A stretch of DNA of 63,580 nt, counting the filler, from Octopus bimaculoides (lineage: Eukaryota): assembly GCF_001194135.2 (NCBI RefSeq). It is 6 parts of 6 records of this genome, joined end to end, with 100 filler letters (N's around TTAATTAATTAA, not from the genome) between each part and the next. Parts side by side here need not be neighbours in the genome. Positions count along the whole stretch, not along the records: positions 19,962 to 37,367 come from NC_068986.1; positions 37,468 to 41,715 come from NC_069000.1; 4 more parts are not named here. One strand, 5' to 3'. The notes beneath the pieces are model-generated. The model was given only the letters and a program-made list of their open reading frames with translations, was not told the DNA's origin and did not search any database. The translations under genes were made by a program, and so were the position numbers. This document shows, piece after piece, positions 27,920 to 41,169 of the stretch. Each line of letters opens with the position of its first letter. The first letter of the stretch is position 1.

Positions 27920-28840
27920 AATTGTAAACATATATTATGTCCGTATTTTTGTATGCTGTGTAAATTTATGAAATATAAGCAAATGAAAGAAATAGCACAT
28001 GTATGGAACTGCTAATTTAACGGTAAATGCCACAATAATTATTATAGAGAGACAAAGAATTGTATGTCTTACCTTGCAACTTCTGCGATAATTATCATCC
28101 GGTAATGGAAACGTAAAAATGTATTGTTTATCATTCGGTAAGTATGTTTTGTTTTAAACGAAATGAATATAAAATTTCATATTGACACTGGCCAACTCAA
28201 ACTTCACACATGTCAGTCGTCCACAAAGTATATAAAACAAGCAACACACAACAAGGAGAAAGAGACAAAAATAAAATAACACGTGTCAATTTTTTAAAAA
28301 TAAAAACGTTCAATAACGTTAACTGGAGTGCGGGGTTCGAATAGACGTCATTCCACCTTTTGATTTATCATTACCATTCTTTTCTTTCGATATTATTTTT
28401 CTTCCACTTTTATGTTTTTTCTGTCCTTGTGTTGTTCCCTCTGTGTTTCGACCCTGTGTGGTTAATAAAAAAATTAAGTCGTCAGGCATGTATGTGTATG
28501 TGTAGATGTGTATGCGTGTGTATGTGTGTGTGTGTGTTTAATAACGTACCGTATATAGTATGTCTGTACTTTTGTATGCAGTATAAATTAAGAAAATAGA
28601 AGCCCTTGTACAGAGAGACAAACAATTTTATATTTTACCTGCCAACCTTCCAAATGCTGCGATAACTATTAATCAGTAATGGAACAGTAAATGTGTATTG
28701 TTTTGAAGGAAAGGAAAATAAAATTTCGTATTGACACTTCACGCATGTCAGTCGTCAGGTATGTATGCGTAGATCTGTGAGTGTTTAATAACGTACCGTG
28801 ATAATATGTCTGTATTTTCGTATGCAGTGTAAATTATTCC
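27920..28840. repeat. Degenerate local duplication (two to three partial copies)
   Basis: agagagacaaa...ctgcgataa...gtaatggaa...tattgacact...catgtcagtcgtc at 28045-28221 and 28610-28756; gtttaataacgtaccg...atgtctgta...tgcagt.taaatta at ~28535 and ~28782. Confidence 0.85.
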
Positions 28841-29725
28841 CCCAAAAATTACAGTATCGAAATGTGATTGTTTCAGTTTTAATACTGAAATAGTGGAAAA
28901 GTTTCATTTTTAAATTGAAAGTATTTGACATGAGTGTTTTTGTTTCACTTTTGACACGTAATACTTAAATAGTGGGGGAGATATTATGTTGCTGTGCGCT
29001 CGAACTAGGCAAGAATTAAAGAACGTTTTTGACTAAAACACAATCGGGACCCTAAGTAAGGCATGTGTAAAATTTGAATGAAATGGGTTGTGTAGTTATG
29101 GAGTTTTAGGGATTCACACAGACACACAGACACACAGACATACATTCTCATTTATATATNNNNNNNNNNNNNNNNNNNNNNNNNNNNNNNNNNNNNNNNN
29201 NNNNNNNNNNNNNNNNNNNNNNNNNNNNNNNNNNNNNNNNNNNNNNNNNNNNNNNNNNNNNNNNNNNNNNNNNNNNNNNNNNNNNNNNNNNNNNNNNNNN
29301 NNNNNNNNNNNNNNNNNNNNNNNNNNNNNNNNNNNNNNNNNNNNNNNNNNNNNNNNNNNNNNNNNNNNNNNNNNNNNNNNNNNNNNNNNNNNNNNNNNNN
29401 NNNNNNNNNNNNNNNNNNNNNNNNNNNNNNNNNNNNNNNNNNNNNNNNNNNNNNNNNNNNNNNNNNNNNNNNNNNNNNNNNNNNNNNNNNNNNNNNNNNN
29501 NNNNNNNNNNNNNNNNNNNNNNNNNNNNNNNNNNNNNNNNNNNNNNNNNNNNNNNNNNNNNNNNNNNNNNNNNNNNNNNNNNNNNNNNNNNNNNNNNNNN
29601 NNNNNNNNNNNNNNNNNNNNNNNNNNNNNNNNNNNNNNNNNNNNNNNNNNNNNNNNNNNNNNNNNNNNNNNNNNNNNNNNNNNNNNNNNNNNNNNNNNNN
29701 NNNNNNNNNNNNNNNNNNNNNNNNN

Positions 29726-30013
29726 ATTACATACAAAAATAAGAGAGATGACCAGCAGAAGTGGACTCCTATATGCTAGAAATAGATGCCGAATCATCTA
29801 ACCACGAAAAAAATATATGTTCTCAGTAAAAATTCAGCAACACAACAGACTGTAAAAGGGCAATACATATTTGTCTTGCCCTTTTACAGTCTGTTGTGTC
29901 GCTGAATTTTTACTGAGAACATATATTTTTTTCGTGGTTATATGATTCGGCATCTATTTCTAGCATATAGGAGTCCACTTTTGCTGGTCATCTCTCTTAT
30001 TTTTGTATGTAAT
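29726..30013. repeat. Near-perfect long inverted repeat (palindrome), ~138-bp arms
   Basis: 29726-29863 is the reverse complement of 29876-30013 with three mismatches by eye; 12-nt partly self-pairing spacer. Confidence 0.95.
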
Positions 30014-30194
30014 ATAATTTTAATCTTCGGATTTTTTTAATATGCTAGACCACTGGTTCAAATTGATTAATATCAATTTCTACCCTCATAAATAAATTTA
30101 TATATATATATGTATATATGTATGTATATATGTTTGTATACACGCATATATATTTATGTATGTATATTCTTTATATGTTACTTTATGCTTTCAC

Positions 30195-30593
30195 TCGCGT
30201 CTGTCATTTCACTGCGGTCATGCTGGAGCACCGCCTTAAAGAGTGTTAGTCGAAGAAATCGATCCTGGAAACTATTCTCTGTAAGCTTAGTGGTTATTCT
30301 ACCGGCCTTTATTGTCGAACCGCTAATTTACGGGGATAGAAGGAAACCAGCATCGGTGGTCAAGCGACGGTGGGGGTACAAACACAGATACACACGCACA
30401 GACACAAATATATACATACGTATATGTGTGTGAATGTGCATAGGACGGGCTTCTTCCAGTTTCTTTCTACCAATGCACCAAATGCATTGGTTGGCACGTG
30501 GCTATTGTAGAAGAGAATTGCCCAAGGTGCTACATGGTTGCGGAACTGAACTCGGAACCACGTGGTTGGCAAGGAAGCTTCTTACCACACAGC
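30195..30593 (-). mobile_element. SINE family A
   Basis: cactgcggtcatgctggagcaccgcc...gacgggcttcttccagttt...aagcttcttaccacacagc. Confidence 0.85.
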
Positions 30594-31874
30594 TAACAGA
30601 GTTTCAACTTTGGCATGAAGTGGCTGCGTAAAACCAATAGAATCAAATGGCAGAAAGGAATTCGTCTGCAGCACTGATCTTCATACTGTATTAGACATCC
30701 TTGTCATGTTTTCCTTCATATTCGAAAGACGATGACGATTCCTTTACCTCGACCGCTGAATGGATGATGGCTGAATTAAAGAAGGCGTGGTATGTGAGGA
30801 AATCGCATATGGAACATGTGACCATGCTTATTAGCGCCAGCGATATAAGTAAGGAGGCAAACAGGGTGTAAAACCAGTCAGCGTGTGATAAGATGTCACA
30901 GACAACAGTAATCAGTGACGCTTAACGAATTTTACGAAGTTATGACCGGTCTTTTATTAAAACCTACATGAAGTAATCTAGCCCAGAGAAAAGCCGCCTG
31001 CTCATAGAAAATCCACACGTAACAGCCACACATGAAGCCCGAGAATCTATAGATCAGATGCGTGGAAGAGGTTGCAGTTGAGTTGACAATCTTATTCATT
31101 ACAAAAGCTGTTATTTACCCTCCTTCTTTTCAAACCACTTCCCCACAGGCTCTTTTTATAATCTGCAATATTGAATGCTTCTATCTCGAGAGCGTCCGCT
31201 AATTTTAATATGAATCGAATATAGAGATATAAGTGTAAGGACAGGTTGACATATACGTAGATAATAGACAGACAGACTAAAAAATATGAGAAAAATTGAA
31301 ACGTGTGTAAACATAGAGCATTGGTATGTGTATGCATTTACTTGTGTGGGAGAGGTTGTTTGTAAGGAAAACTAGTTTGACGGAGAGACATGAGGATAGA
31401 TCCATGAGGGAAAGAAAACAAATTAAATACTGTATGATATATAATGGAATAAGCGAAGACATTTCCATAAATGCATACATACAGTCAGGAACACGGACAA
31501 AGCAACGCAGAGAAACACCTGGATAAAAACGCGGCGGGGGGGGGGAGAAAAGGGAAGGGAGTGAGAGACAAGGAGAGAGAGGCAGAAAGAAAATGAAGTG
31601 TATTCACACGGTTTTGTTCTGCTGTTGGCAAATACAACTTGCATGTCATTCCATATATATGTATATAGATATATGTGTATACATATTTATAAATGTATAT
31701 ATTTACGTACATACATACAGTCATATATATATATACACACATTTGTATTTAAGCAGATATATATGTTGATATGCGTATCTCTCACTCTCTCTCTATCTAA
31801 CTATCTATAAATGTATATATATATATGTATATATTAAAAGAAAAATATATATTTATATATACACACATCACACA

Positions 31875-31977
<103 letters not shown>

Positions 31978-32048
31978 TAAATATATATGCATATATTTAT
32001 CCATATATATGCATGCATATATATACATGTATATATATAGACACACAC

Positions 32049-32083
<35 letters not shown>

Positions 32084-33871
32084 AATAAATCTATATATAT
32101 ACATATACAAATGTATGTATATGCATGCATATATATGTGTGTGTGCGTCCGTGCGTGAGCGTGCGTTTATATGTATGTGTGCGTGTGTGCGTGTAGGTGG
32201 GTTTATGTGTGTGTGTACATACACAACAAATAAATGAATGTGTGTAGGAGGTGATACCACATGCTTTAATAAAGTTATTTAATGTCTATCTACCTATCTA
32301 TGAATAGAGAGCGAAAGGGAGTCAGAGAGCCTTACACTCTCGAAAACACACCCACATACGTATACATACATATATATATATACGTATGTGGGTGTGTTTC
32401 TGAGATTGTACGTCTCTCACCTTCTCTCTCTCTCTCACTCTCTTTATATATATATATATATATATCTGAGATATCCGAAATCAATTACGTAATCAAGGAT
32501 ATTCACGGACGTCGGAGAAGTAACGCAACACAATCGCACCTACAAAAAATATTTTATATGCACCATTTCTTCCTCATCTTCGCTAAACTAACACACATTT
32601 ACAAATGCACCACACACGCCACATACATGAACGCATGTATCTATATTGCCATATACGTAAAGATATACATGTATATATATATATATTTACATATGTATAT
32701 ATATACATGTATGTGTGTGTGTGTGTTTGTGTGTGTTTGGGTGGGCGGATGCGTGCGTGGGATTGTGTGTGAGTATGTTTGTCTGTGCTTGTGTGTAAGT
32801 GCCTGTTTTCTCGCATGAGAGTGGTAGGGTGCGTATTTTTGTATACATGTGTATCTGTCCAAAGGAATATCTCTACCTGGACGTCTAAATACTTATATTT
32901 ATCTATATACATAGAGATGCACACACACACACACGCGCGCGCGCATACACACACGCATACACACACATGCATTTACACATACACACACACACACACACAC
33001 ACATATCTGTATATATATATAGGAAGGTATACAGTTAGGAACACTTCAGATACATATGAATGATAGTTTTGTGATGCTTTCAGAAGTATTGAATATTTTT
33101 CCAGATTATTTCTAGGTGTCCCTCACAGGAAACGAGGTTTGGGAAGTGTATTCTCTCACCATGTAATCAGTGAGTTCCGCTGACGAAACATCCGGTAGGA
33201 GAATACAGTTTCGTATCAATAGACGATAGCTAGCGGCAAGAAAAGCCACTCAACATAGTCAATATCGTAAAATTAAAAGAGAACCAATAGGTTTCCATCG
33301 AATGGATTATACACAAGTGTCGCTTGCAGACGTAGAAGAAGCAATACAATTGGTTGCTTCATTACCCTTGACTGGAGGATTTCAAACATTACTCTGTTAT
33401 ATGCCCGAAGACATAAACTAGACTGGCTCTTGCAAGCAGTCGTATTAAAGATTGCCTTACTATCTCTGAAGGATTTTGTGTTTGTTTTCATGGTTTTTTT
33501 ATTATTTTTTTCTTGTAGTCTATTTCGTTATTTTCGATTTTGTTTTTCTTTTTTTTACGTTATAAGCAAAAACTGTATTTGATTGGTTAATAATGTAAAA
33601 TTAACCGCGGTATTGATCCGAATCACCTGAGGGTCAAACACATAAGAAACCTATGCAGTGTCAGATGCAATAATAAAATTATGATGGCTTGAATTTTAAA
33701 TGAAAATATCTCGAAAATATTTACATACAAATAAGTGGAAAAATATAAAATCTATATTAGTAAATGTGTGCATGTGTGCGTGCGCGTGTGTGTGTGCGTG
33801 TATGGACATACTCACGCTCAGACACACACACACACACACGCTTATATATATATATTATATATGCATAAATA

Positions 33872-33903
<32 letters not shown>

Positions 33904-34013
33904 CGCACTCACATGTGTATACGCTTACTAGATATGTATACATACAAGTGTATTCTGATACGTATTCAGTTGTTTTGAATTTCTTTTGGAAACGTAATAC
34001 ATACAAACATACG

Positions 34014-34062
<49 letters not shown>

Positions 34063-34550
34063 NNNNNNNNNNNNNNNNNNNNNNNNNNNNNNNNNNNNNN
34101 NNNNNNNNNNNNNNNNNNNNNNNNNNNNNNNNNNNNNNNNNNNNNNNNNNNNNNNNNNNNNNNNNNNNNNNNNNNNNNNNNNNNNNNNNNNNNNNNNNNN
34201 NNNNNNNNNNNNNNNNNNNNNTATATATATATATATATATATATAGATAGATAGATAGATAGATAGAAACATGTACACAGACACACGCACATATATGCAC
34301 TCGCATTTTCTCTCACATAGATCTGTGTGAGACGGTATTCATTTCTATTAACTCCATCTTTAATGGGAAATTTGTTTTTTTTTTTTCATTGTTTGGTTTT
34401 CTTTTTTTTTCTGCCCTGTACATACGACTATGTGGTCAATATACCACTCTGGTATATTTGCTTTTATCACTCGTCTTTTGTCATACACTTTCACATACAG
34501 GCATATAACTCCCCCACGACTGTACATACATAAATATGCAACACGAATAA

Positions 34551-34595
<45 letters not shown>

Positions 34596-34605
34596 ATAGT
34601 GGGAC

Positions 34606-34905
34606 GCTAGACCACCAGACCGGTTAAATTGCTTGGAGTCTGGTTCGGTCCGGAACTTCAAATAGAGAAGAACTGGGGCGAAATAACGACCAAGGTGGCC
34701 ACACTCACCCAACAATGGGCCGAGAGGCAGCTATCCCCAAAAGGCCGGCCGGAGGTGACGAACGCGTACATCACACCCGTCATCGATTACCGTCTGACCG
34801 TCGTGCCTTGTCCCGACACTACCATCACCAAACTGGAACCCATACTCTTCTGCTTCTTGGGGAAGGGAAGTGTTCCAATGGTAAGGCAATCCACTTGCTG
34901 TCAAA
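34606..34905 (+). mobile_element. L1/Tx1-clade LINE fragment (region C-terminal to RT)
   Basis: LLGVWFGPELQIEKNWGEITTKV...WAERQLSPKGRPEVTNAYI...YRLTVVPCP...KLE..LF.FLGKG fits the Tx1 LGVWFG...NW...LSLxGR pattern. Confidence 0.8.
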
Positions 34906-35715
34906 ATCCTGCTTTGTTTAAATCTAAATCATAGATTAATCTACTGTTCTGACTCCATAACGATACCATTACAGTGTTTAGATAGGCTTCTCCAAGTACC
35001 TTTCGTAGACGTTTATACTGACATCGTACAAATATGAAGAAAATATTCCAACGTATGAAACGTCTGCCAAAGTTGCATAAATGCCGTCTAGCGAATGCAA
35101 GTATTGTTCTCTTGCCTTATGAATATTCACACTGAGAGGGATAAATATAGACTTTAAATAATTGCATAAATTATTTGTAACGGAGTAAATCAATAATTTG
35201 AATGATATCAACTCAGACGATTTATTTCTAAGTTTTAGGCTTCACCAGCGTTGTGAAAAAAAAAACTTCCGTTTCCGAAGGTTTTGTAATTTTGGATAAA
35301 ATACTGCGTAATTTTAATAATAAACATTTTCAGTTTTGGAGGAATTCTAAAGGCATCTAATTTCCATCAGATGAAAATGTATTTAGCCGGGTAAGTATTT
35401 TTTATAGTGACTTTTAGTTTTCCAAGTATTAACGCTCGAATCCATTCTGTGGCTCTGCCATCCGTGCCTTTGGCCAAGAATAACAACCTAGTTTCTTTTC
35501 TCTTAATGACAGAAGCAAGAGAGATGATATTAGGGAAAATATTGGAAAGACTAAGGTGGGACCTATTCTACTTGTCGCAAATACTCATAAATTTCTAGGA
35601 ATATTACTAGAACATGTAAAAGACTATGGTCCACACTAATCGTCACAGAGTCACTAAGCCGGAGAAAATAGCAGACAAAAGATTAATTGCTCGTGTCATT
35701 AATATTTATCAAGGG

Positions 35716-35895
35716 TGAAGGCGCAATAGTCCAGTGGTTAGGACAGTGGCCTCGCGGTCATAGGATCGCGACTTCGATTCCCAGACTGGGCATTGTGAGT
35801 GTTTATTGAGCGAAAACACCTAAAGCGCCATGAGGATCTGGCAGGGGATGGTGGCGAACCCTGCTATACTCTTTCACCACAACTTTCTCTCACGC
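35716..35895 (+). mobile_element. tRNA-derived SINE, family C
   Basis: gaaggcgcaatagtccagtggttagg (A-box-like) and gacttcgattccc (B-box-like), then non-tRNA body. Confidence 0.75.
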
Positions 35896-36266
35896 TGTTT
35901 TATCTCTTTCATTTCTGTCCCAAATCCTTTCTCTTTGACACGGCATCTTTCCTTGAGACAAGATTTGCATCATATATTTCCAAACTTGTTTATTTTCCTG
36001 GCTTCTATTTTACTCAGAACTTTTCTTAAAGTGTCCATTATATTTTGTAGTCTCCTTTTCCCATTTACTCTTTTTTAATCTTTCCCTGTGAGATATCTAA
36101 TCTTCTGGTGACTATTACCCCTCTTGCATATATCAATAAGTTGGTATCTCCTATATTTTCAGTATCTATCCTATTGATAACAGAATCTACTTTCCTAACA
36201 GTTTCCTCCTGTTGGATCCTTGTAATGCTGGCAATCTTTTTCTTACTTCTTTTGTTACAGGTTCCG

Positions 36267-36267
<1 letters not shown>
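35895..36267 (-). mobile_element. R4/Dong-clade non-LTR retrotransposon, N-terminal ORF fragment
   Basis: RKVDSVINRIDTENIGDTNLLIYARGVIVTRRLD...KRRLQNIMDTLRKVLSKIE...VKEKG...EIKQR. Clearly homologous to 57890-58110. Confidence 0.8.
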
Positions 36268-36345
<78 letters not shown>

Positions 36346-36346
<1 letters not shown>

Positions 36347-36990
36347 TATGTTTCTTTTTCTTCTTTCTTGAAATTTTCTTCCATTTCTCGCCGAGTGTTT
36401 TCCGTACACCTAGGGCAGAGAAACTCATTGTGTGCATTCCCAATTTACACACAACAATTCACAGATAAAATATGTATTTAAATAAAAAATTAATAAATAA
36501 ATAAATTCATGAATGGATGTTGTTTTCACAGCGATAATTCTCTTCTCATTACATGAGTCGTTCCACTTAACACGATTTTTTGCACTTCCTGTAGGGATGG
36601 TAAACTTGGTATAATTTTCAAATAGGCTTCAGTACCTTTTCTATCATTCCGAGAGCACCTACAACCACTGGTACGGTAATCGCCTTGAGATGCCGCATTT
36701 GTTCAATTTCTATTAGCAAGCATTTATCTTACTGATCTTGCCAAATTCTTTCACGGCTATATTATGATCGCAAGGAATACACATGTCAATTAATAAACAC
36801 ATCTTTTTTGTCTGATCCTTCATAATAATATCCGCTTTATTAGCTTTTATAGTCTTGTCAGTATGTACAGGGAAGTCCCAGAGAATCGACACATTTTCTC
36901 CCTGAGTCACAGCTTCAGGATGGTGTTTATACCATTTGTCAGCGGTTTTGATTTTATAATATCGACATATTGTCCAGTTTAAATATTGGC
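36346..36990 (-). mobile_element. R4/Dong-clade element 3' end: restriction-like endonuclease domain, 3' UTR and (TAA)n tail
   Basis: YKHHPEAVTQGENVSILWDFPVHTDKTIKANKADIIMKD...CLLIDMCIPCDHNIAVKEFGK...VPVVVGALGMI (PD-x-D-x-K type RLE), ending in the (TAA)n run at 36268-36345. Confidence 0.85.
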
Positions 36991-37077
36991 CGATTTTGTC
37001 ATGTCTTTATATTCTACAGGTGCTAAGACTCTACAGCCTTAGATTAAGTAGTCTATATTTTCAATTTCAAGGTGGTC

Positions 37078-37121
<44 letters not shown>

Positions 37122-37122
37122 T

Positions 37123-37330
37123 TATGTTTGACTTTTGTTTTGCATTTGTACAAGTTGGATCCAAGTCTCACCCAGAGACCTCAAGAGACAACAAGTTAGA
37201 AGTTCATGTAGGTGTTATGCCTAGGGTACCATATATTTGGATTTGTACAGTTTTGTTCAAGTGAATGTTTAAGAAACCATAAGAAAATTATGTTTGCTTT
37301 AAAATTTGAGATCACATAGACAGTATTTTA
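37123..37330 (-). mobile_element. 3' UTR of another (TAA)n-tailed retroelement, probably R4/Dong related
   Basis: Minus strand ...gtctctgggtgagacttggatccaacttgtacaaatgcaaaacaaaagtcaaacata runs straight into (AAT)n at 37080-37122. Confidence 0.5.
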
Positions 37331-37467
37331 CGTAGGATATGGGCAGTTCCCATGAGCACTATCTTTTNNNNNNNNNNNNNNNNNNNNNNNNNNNNNNNNN
37401 NNNNNNNNNNNTTAATTAATTAANNNNNNNNNNNNNNNNNNNNNNNNNNNNNNNNNNNNNNNNNNNN

Positions 37468-37589
37468 TATATATATATATTTATGTATATATATATATGT
37501 ATGTATGTATATATGTATGTATGTATATATATATGTATGTATGTATATATATATATATGTATGTATATATATATATGTATGTATGTATA

Positions 37590-37622
<33 letters not shown>

Positions 37623-37830
37623 ATATATATATATGTATGTATGTATGTATATATATATATATGTATGTATGTATGTATATATATATGTATGTATGTGTAT
37701 ATGTATGTATATATATATATATGTATGTATGTGTATATGTATGTATATATATATGTATGTATGTGTATATGTATGTATATATATATATATGTATGTATGT
37801 GTATATGTATGCATATATATATATAAATCA
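37468..37830. repeat. Compound (TA)n/(TATG)n array with recurring higher-order units
   Basis: Alternating TA runs and TATG triplets over ~360 bp next to a gap. Confidence 0.9.
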
Positions 37831-38373
37831 TATATATGCATAATCCATACATGTATGCACATGCACGTACATATTCTTATGGATATAGAGGTATAGAGAT
37901 ATACACATACATAGTCTAATATTGGCTTTGTAGTGAAATAATCCTCTTAGGCTGGTTATTTCATTCTATTGAGCTTCCCTCCTTCGTGTACCGTCGTTCT
38001 CCTTAACTTGGGACAATTTGATGGAGAACTGCACGGATCAGCTTTTGTTCTTTATTTATGTCTCCTGCAGGAGCATCCATGTGCTTCTTGTTTTTAATCT
38101 TACTTCGGCTAATGAAGCTGCGCAATAAATTTGCCTTTTGCTTGTGTCGTCTGATTAGCGCTGGATTCTGTTGAAAGTGGGGTGGGGTGGGAACGTGCAA
38201 GTGGAATTGTTCTTGTCTTTGTGGTGGTGGTGGTGGTGATCGTGGTGGTGGTGGTAGTGGTGAAAATAGTTGTAGGAGGTGTGTGTGTTTGTTTGTCTAT
38301 GTGTGTGAATGTGTGTTTGTTTGTCTGTATATCTTCAGTAAACACGTCACCTCATTACAAGTCTGTAATAATG

Positions 38374-38440
<67 letters not shown>

Positions 38441-39367
38441 NNNNNNNNNNNNNNNNNNNNNNNNNNNNNNNNNNNNNNNNNNNNNNNNNNNNNNNNNNNN
38501 NNNNNNNNNNNNNNNNNNNNNNNNNNNNNNNNNNNNNNNNNNNNNNNNNNNNNNNNNNNNNNNNNNNNNNNNNNNNNNNNNNNNNNNNNNNNNNNNNNNN
38601 NNNNNNNNNNNNNNNNNNNNNNNNNNNNNNNNNNNNNNNNNNNNNNNNNNNNNNNNNNNNNNNNNNNNNNNNNNNNNNNNNNNNNNNNNNNNNNNNNNNN
38701 NNNNNNNNNNNNNNNNNNNNNNNNNNNNNNNNNNNNNNNNNNNNNNNNNNNNNNNNNNNNNNNNNNNNNNNNNNNNNNNNNNNNNNNNNNNNNNNNNNNN
38801 NNNNNNNNNNNNNNNNNNNNNNNNNNNNNNNNNNNNNNNNNNNNNNNNNNNNNNNNNNNNNNNNNNNNNNNNNNNNNNNNNNNNNNNNNNNNNNNNNNNN
38901 NNNNNNNNNNNNNNNNNNNNNNNNNNNNNNNNNNNNNNNNNNNNNNNNNNNNNNNNNNNNNNNNNNNNNNNNNNNNNNNNNNNNNNNNNNNNNNNNNNNN
39001 NNNNNNNNNNNNNNNNNNNNNNNNNNNNNNNNNNNNNNNNNNNNNNNNNNNNNNNNNNNNNNNNNNNNNNNNNNNNNNNNNNNNNNNNNNNNNNNNNNNN
39101 NNNNNNNNNNNNNNNNNNNNNNNNNNNNNNNNNNNNNNNNNNNNNNNNNNNNNNNNNNNNNNNNNNNNNNNNNNNNNNNNNNNNNNNNNNNNNNNNNNNN
39201 NNNNNNNNNNNNNNNNNNNNNNNNNNNNNNNNNNNNNNNNNNNNNNNNNNNNNNNNNNNNNNNNNNNNNNNNNNNNNNNNNNNNNNNNNNNNNNNNNNNN
39301 NNNNNNNNNNNNNNNNNNNNNNNNNNNNNNNNNNNNNNNNNNNNNNNNNNNNNNNNNNNNNNNNNNN

Positions 39368-39426
<59 letters not shown>

Positions 39427-39761
39427 AGGAAGAGAGAGAAAAGGAAAGCGAATGTGTGGGGGAAAATAGGCAGAAGAGAGTAAAAGAGAAAAATATTTAG
39501 GAAAAGAGAGACTGAGGGTGGAAGAGAGAGAATGTACTCAGTACTTGCTGCTACTTCATTCATCGATTGAAGAAAGACAAAGTTGATGGAGTTTGAACTG
39601 AGAACACAGCGATCCATAACACTCACTGAAAGGCATATCTAACGCTGGAATGACTCCGCAAAATCGGTACCTGTATGTATGTATGTATGTATGTATGTAT
39701 GTGTGTATGTTTGTATGTATATGTGTATATTTGTATGTATGTGTATGTGTATATATATATA

Positions 39762-41066
39762 TTAGCTGAGGGACCCGGCGTTGCTCATGTTTTCCGTGTT
39801 GAAGTTAAGCCGACCTCTGACCTTGTATTGAAATCGTCTATGTTCCCTATGCCCATTAAGATGTTATATCTGGTTCGGCAGGGATTTTACCTGGTTAACG
39901 CTTTCGACATACTCCTACATATTGGACCATCTGAAATCACAGTCAAACTTTTGGGTGTACCTCGACCCGTTGAGAGTGATGCTTGTTTATTTCTCTCCCC
40001 TTAATGCCACCCTCGTACAAAATTGATCAGCGTGTCCAATTTCAGAAAAATCTGACGAAAAGTGCTAAGGTTATGTCATAAAATAGAATCCATGTGACCA
40101 TTTACATGAAAAGATCCCATTGACTTTTAAATCCCAATACATTATATGAATAATCGATGTTAGTTCTACTCATGGGTCAATTTTCTTGAAAATCAGTTCA
40201 TTATTTTATTGTGAGTGAATTTTGACGATTTCTGCCTTTCACCAGTTTCATTTTAATTCTACTACATTATTCTGACCACAAACTTTACCTAAATGTCAAA
40301 TTTCATCAAAATCGGATGAATTCTGTAAAAGTTTTAGCATAAAATATTAATCCTATGGGCAATTGCATACAAAAAGCCTATTGATTTCTTAAAATCTCCC
40401 GCTCACGCGCAATTATCGATTTTTTGTCAACTCTTCATGCTGACATCAACTAATGGGCATGAACTGTAATCATGTGTAAGATTTCTACAAAATCGATAAA
40501 AATGTCTCTAAGGAAATGCTTATTTGAATTTGTGCCCTTTTCAAGCCCTCTTGAATTAAATAAACATCTTTGTCATCTTCCCCACCACCAAGTTTACCTA
40601 CATCTCAAATTTCATTAAAATCGGATAAAAAATATAAAAGTTACGGCCAAAAATAAAATCCCTATGGGTATTTTCACGCAAAAAGCCTATTGATTTTATA
40701 AAACCACTGCTCAGGCGCAATTATCGATTTTTCGTCAACACCATATATTGACATCAATTCATTGATTGCCATGAGCCTTGCTCACTCATCGATTTTCATC
40801 AAAATCGGACAAAAAATGCAAAAGCTGCAGGAAAAATAACATCGTTATGGGAATTTCCATTCAAACGCCTGATTGTCCTCACAAAAATCAATGAAAACTG
40901 AGCATTATCGAGTTTTAGAAAAGTTCCGGCCTTATTTGAACTTCAAGGGCATGTGATCTACCTATGTGCCAAAAATCATTCAAATCGGTTGGACGGTGTG
41001 GTGGGAGTTAGAGTAACCTCAAACACACACACACAGACAGACACCATTACACATTTATGTATATAG
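39762..41066 (+). mobile_element. Non-autonomous Helentron/Helitron-type element (DINE-1/HINE-like) with internal degenerate repeats
   Basis: 5' TAGCTGAGGGACCCGGCGTTGCTC; several AAATTTCATxAAAATCGG modules; 3' AAATCGGTTGGACGG...GGAGTTAG...CAAAC(AC)n ACAGACAGAC...TATATAG; flanked by TA-rich microsatellite. Confidence 0.75.
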
Positions 41067-41169
41067 GTATATGTCTGTATGCACATATGTGTGTGTATGC
41101 ATGCATTTATGTATGTACATGACTGTGTGTATGTATGTATGTATGTATGTTTGTTTGTATGTATGTATG

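Noticed and set aside
30690-30920. Hydrophobic minus-strand frame ending at a GAG|gtaaag donor
   Set aside because: No good acceptor and no family recognised; cannot be supported as an exon.
33230-33421. Protein-looking plus frame ...MDYTQVSLADVEEAIQLVASLPLTGGF...
   Set aside because: No recognisable family and no clear flanking splice sites; open frames of this length arise by chance.
35716-35790. tRNA-like sequence with A and B boxes (also 18208, 41170 and 55996)
   Set aside because: No complete cloverleaf; each runs into a SINE body and is better explained as a SINE head.
37416-37896. YI/HT/CV/MY-rich ORFs, also poly-I, poly-N and poly-L ORFs at 42-762
   Set aside because: Translations of microsatellites, open in several frames on both strands.
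38182-39626. Long ORFs of 200-430 aa here and at 15464, 29088 and 42441
   Set aside because: They are open only because N runs and dinucleotide repeats contain no stop codons.
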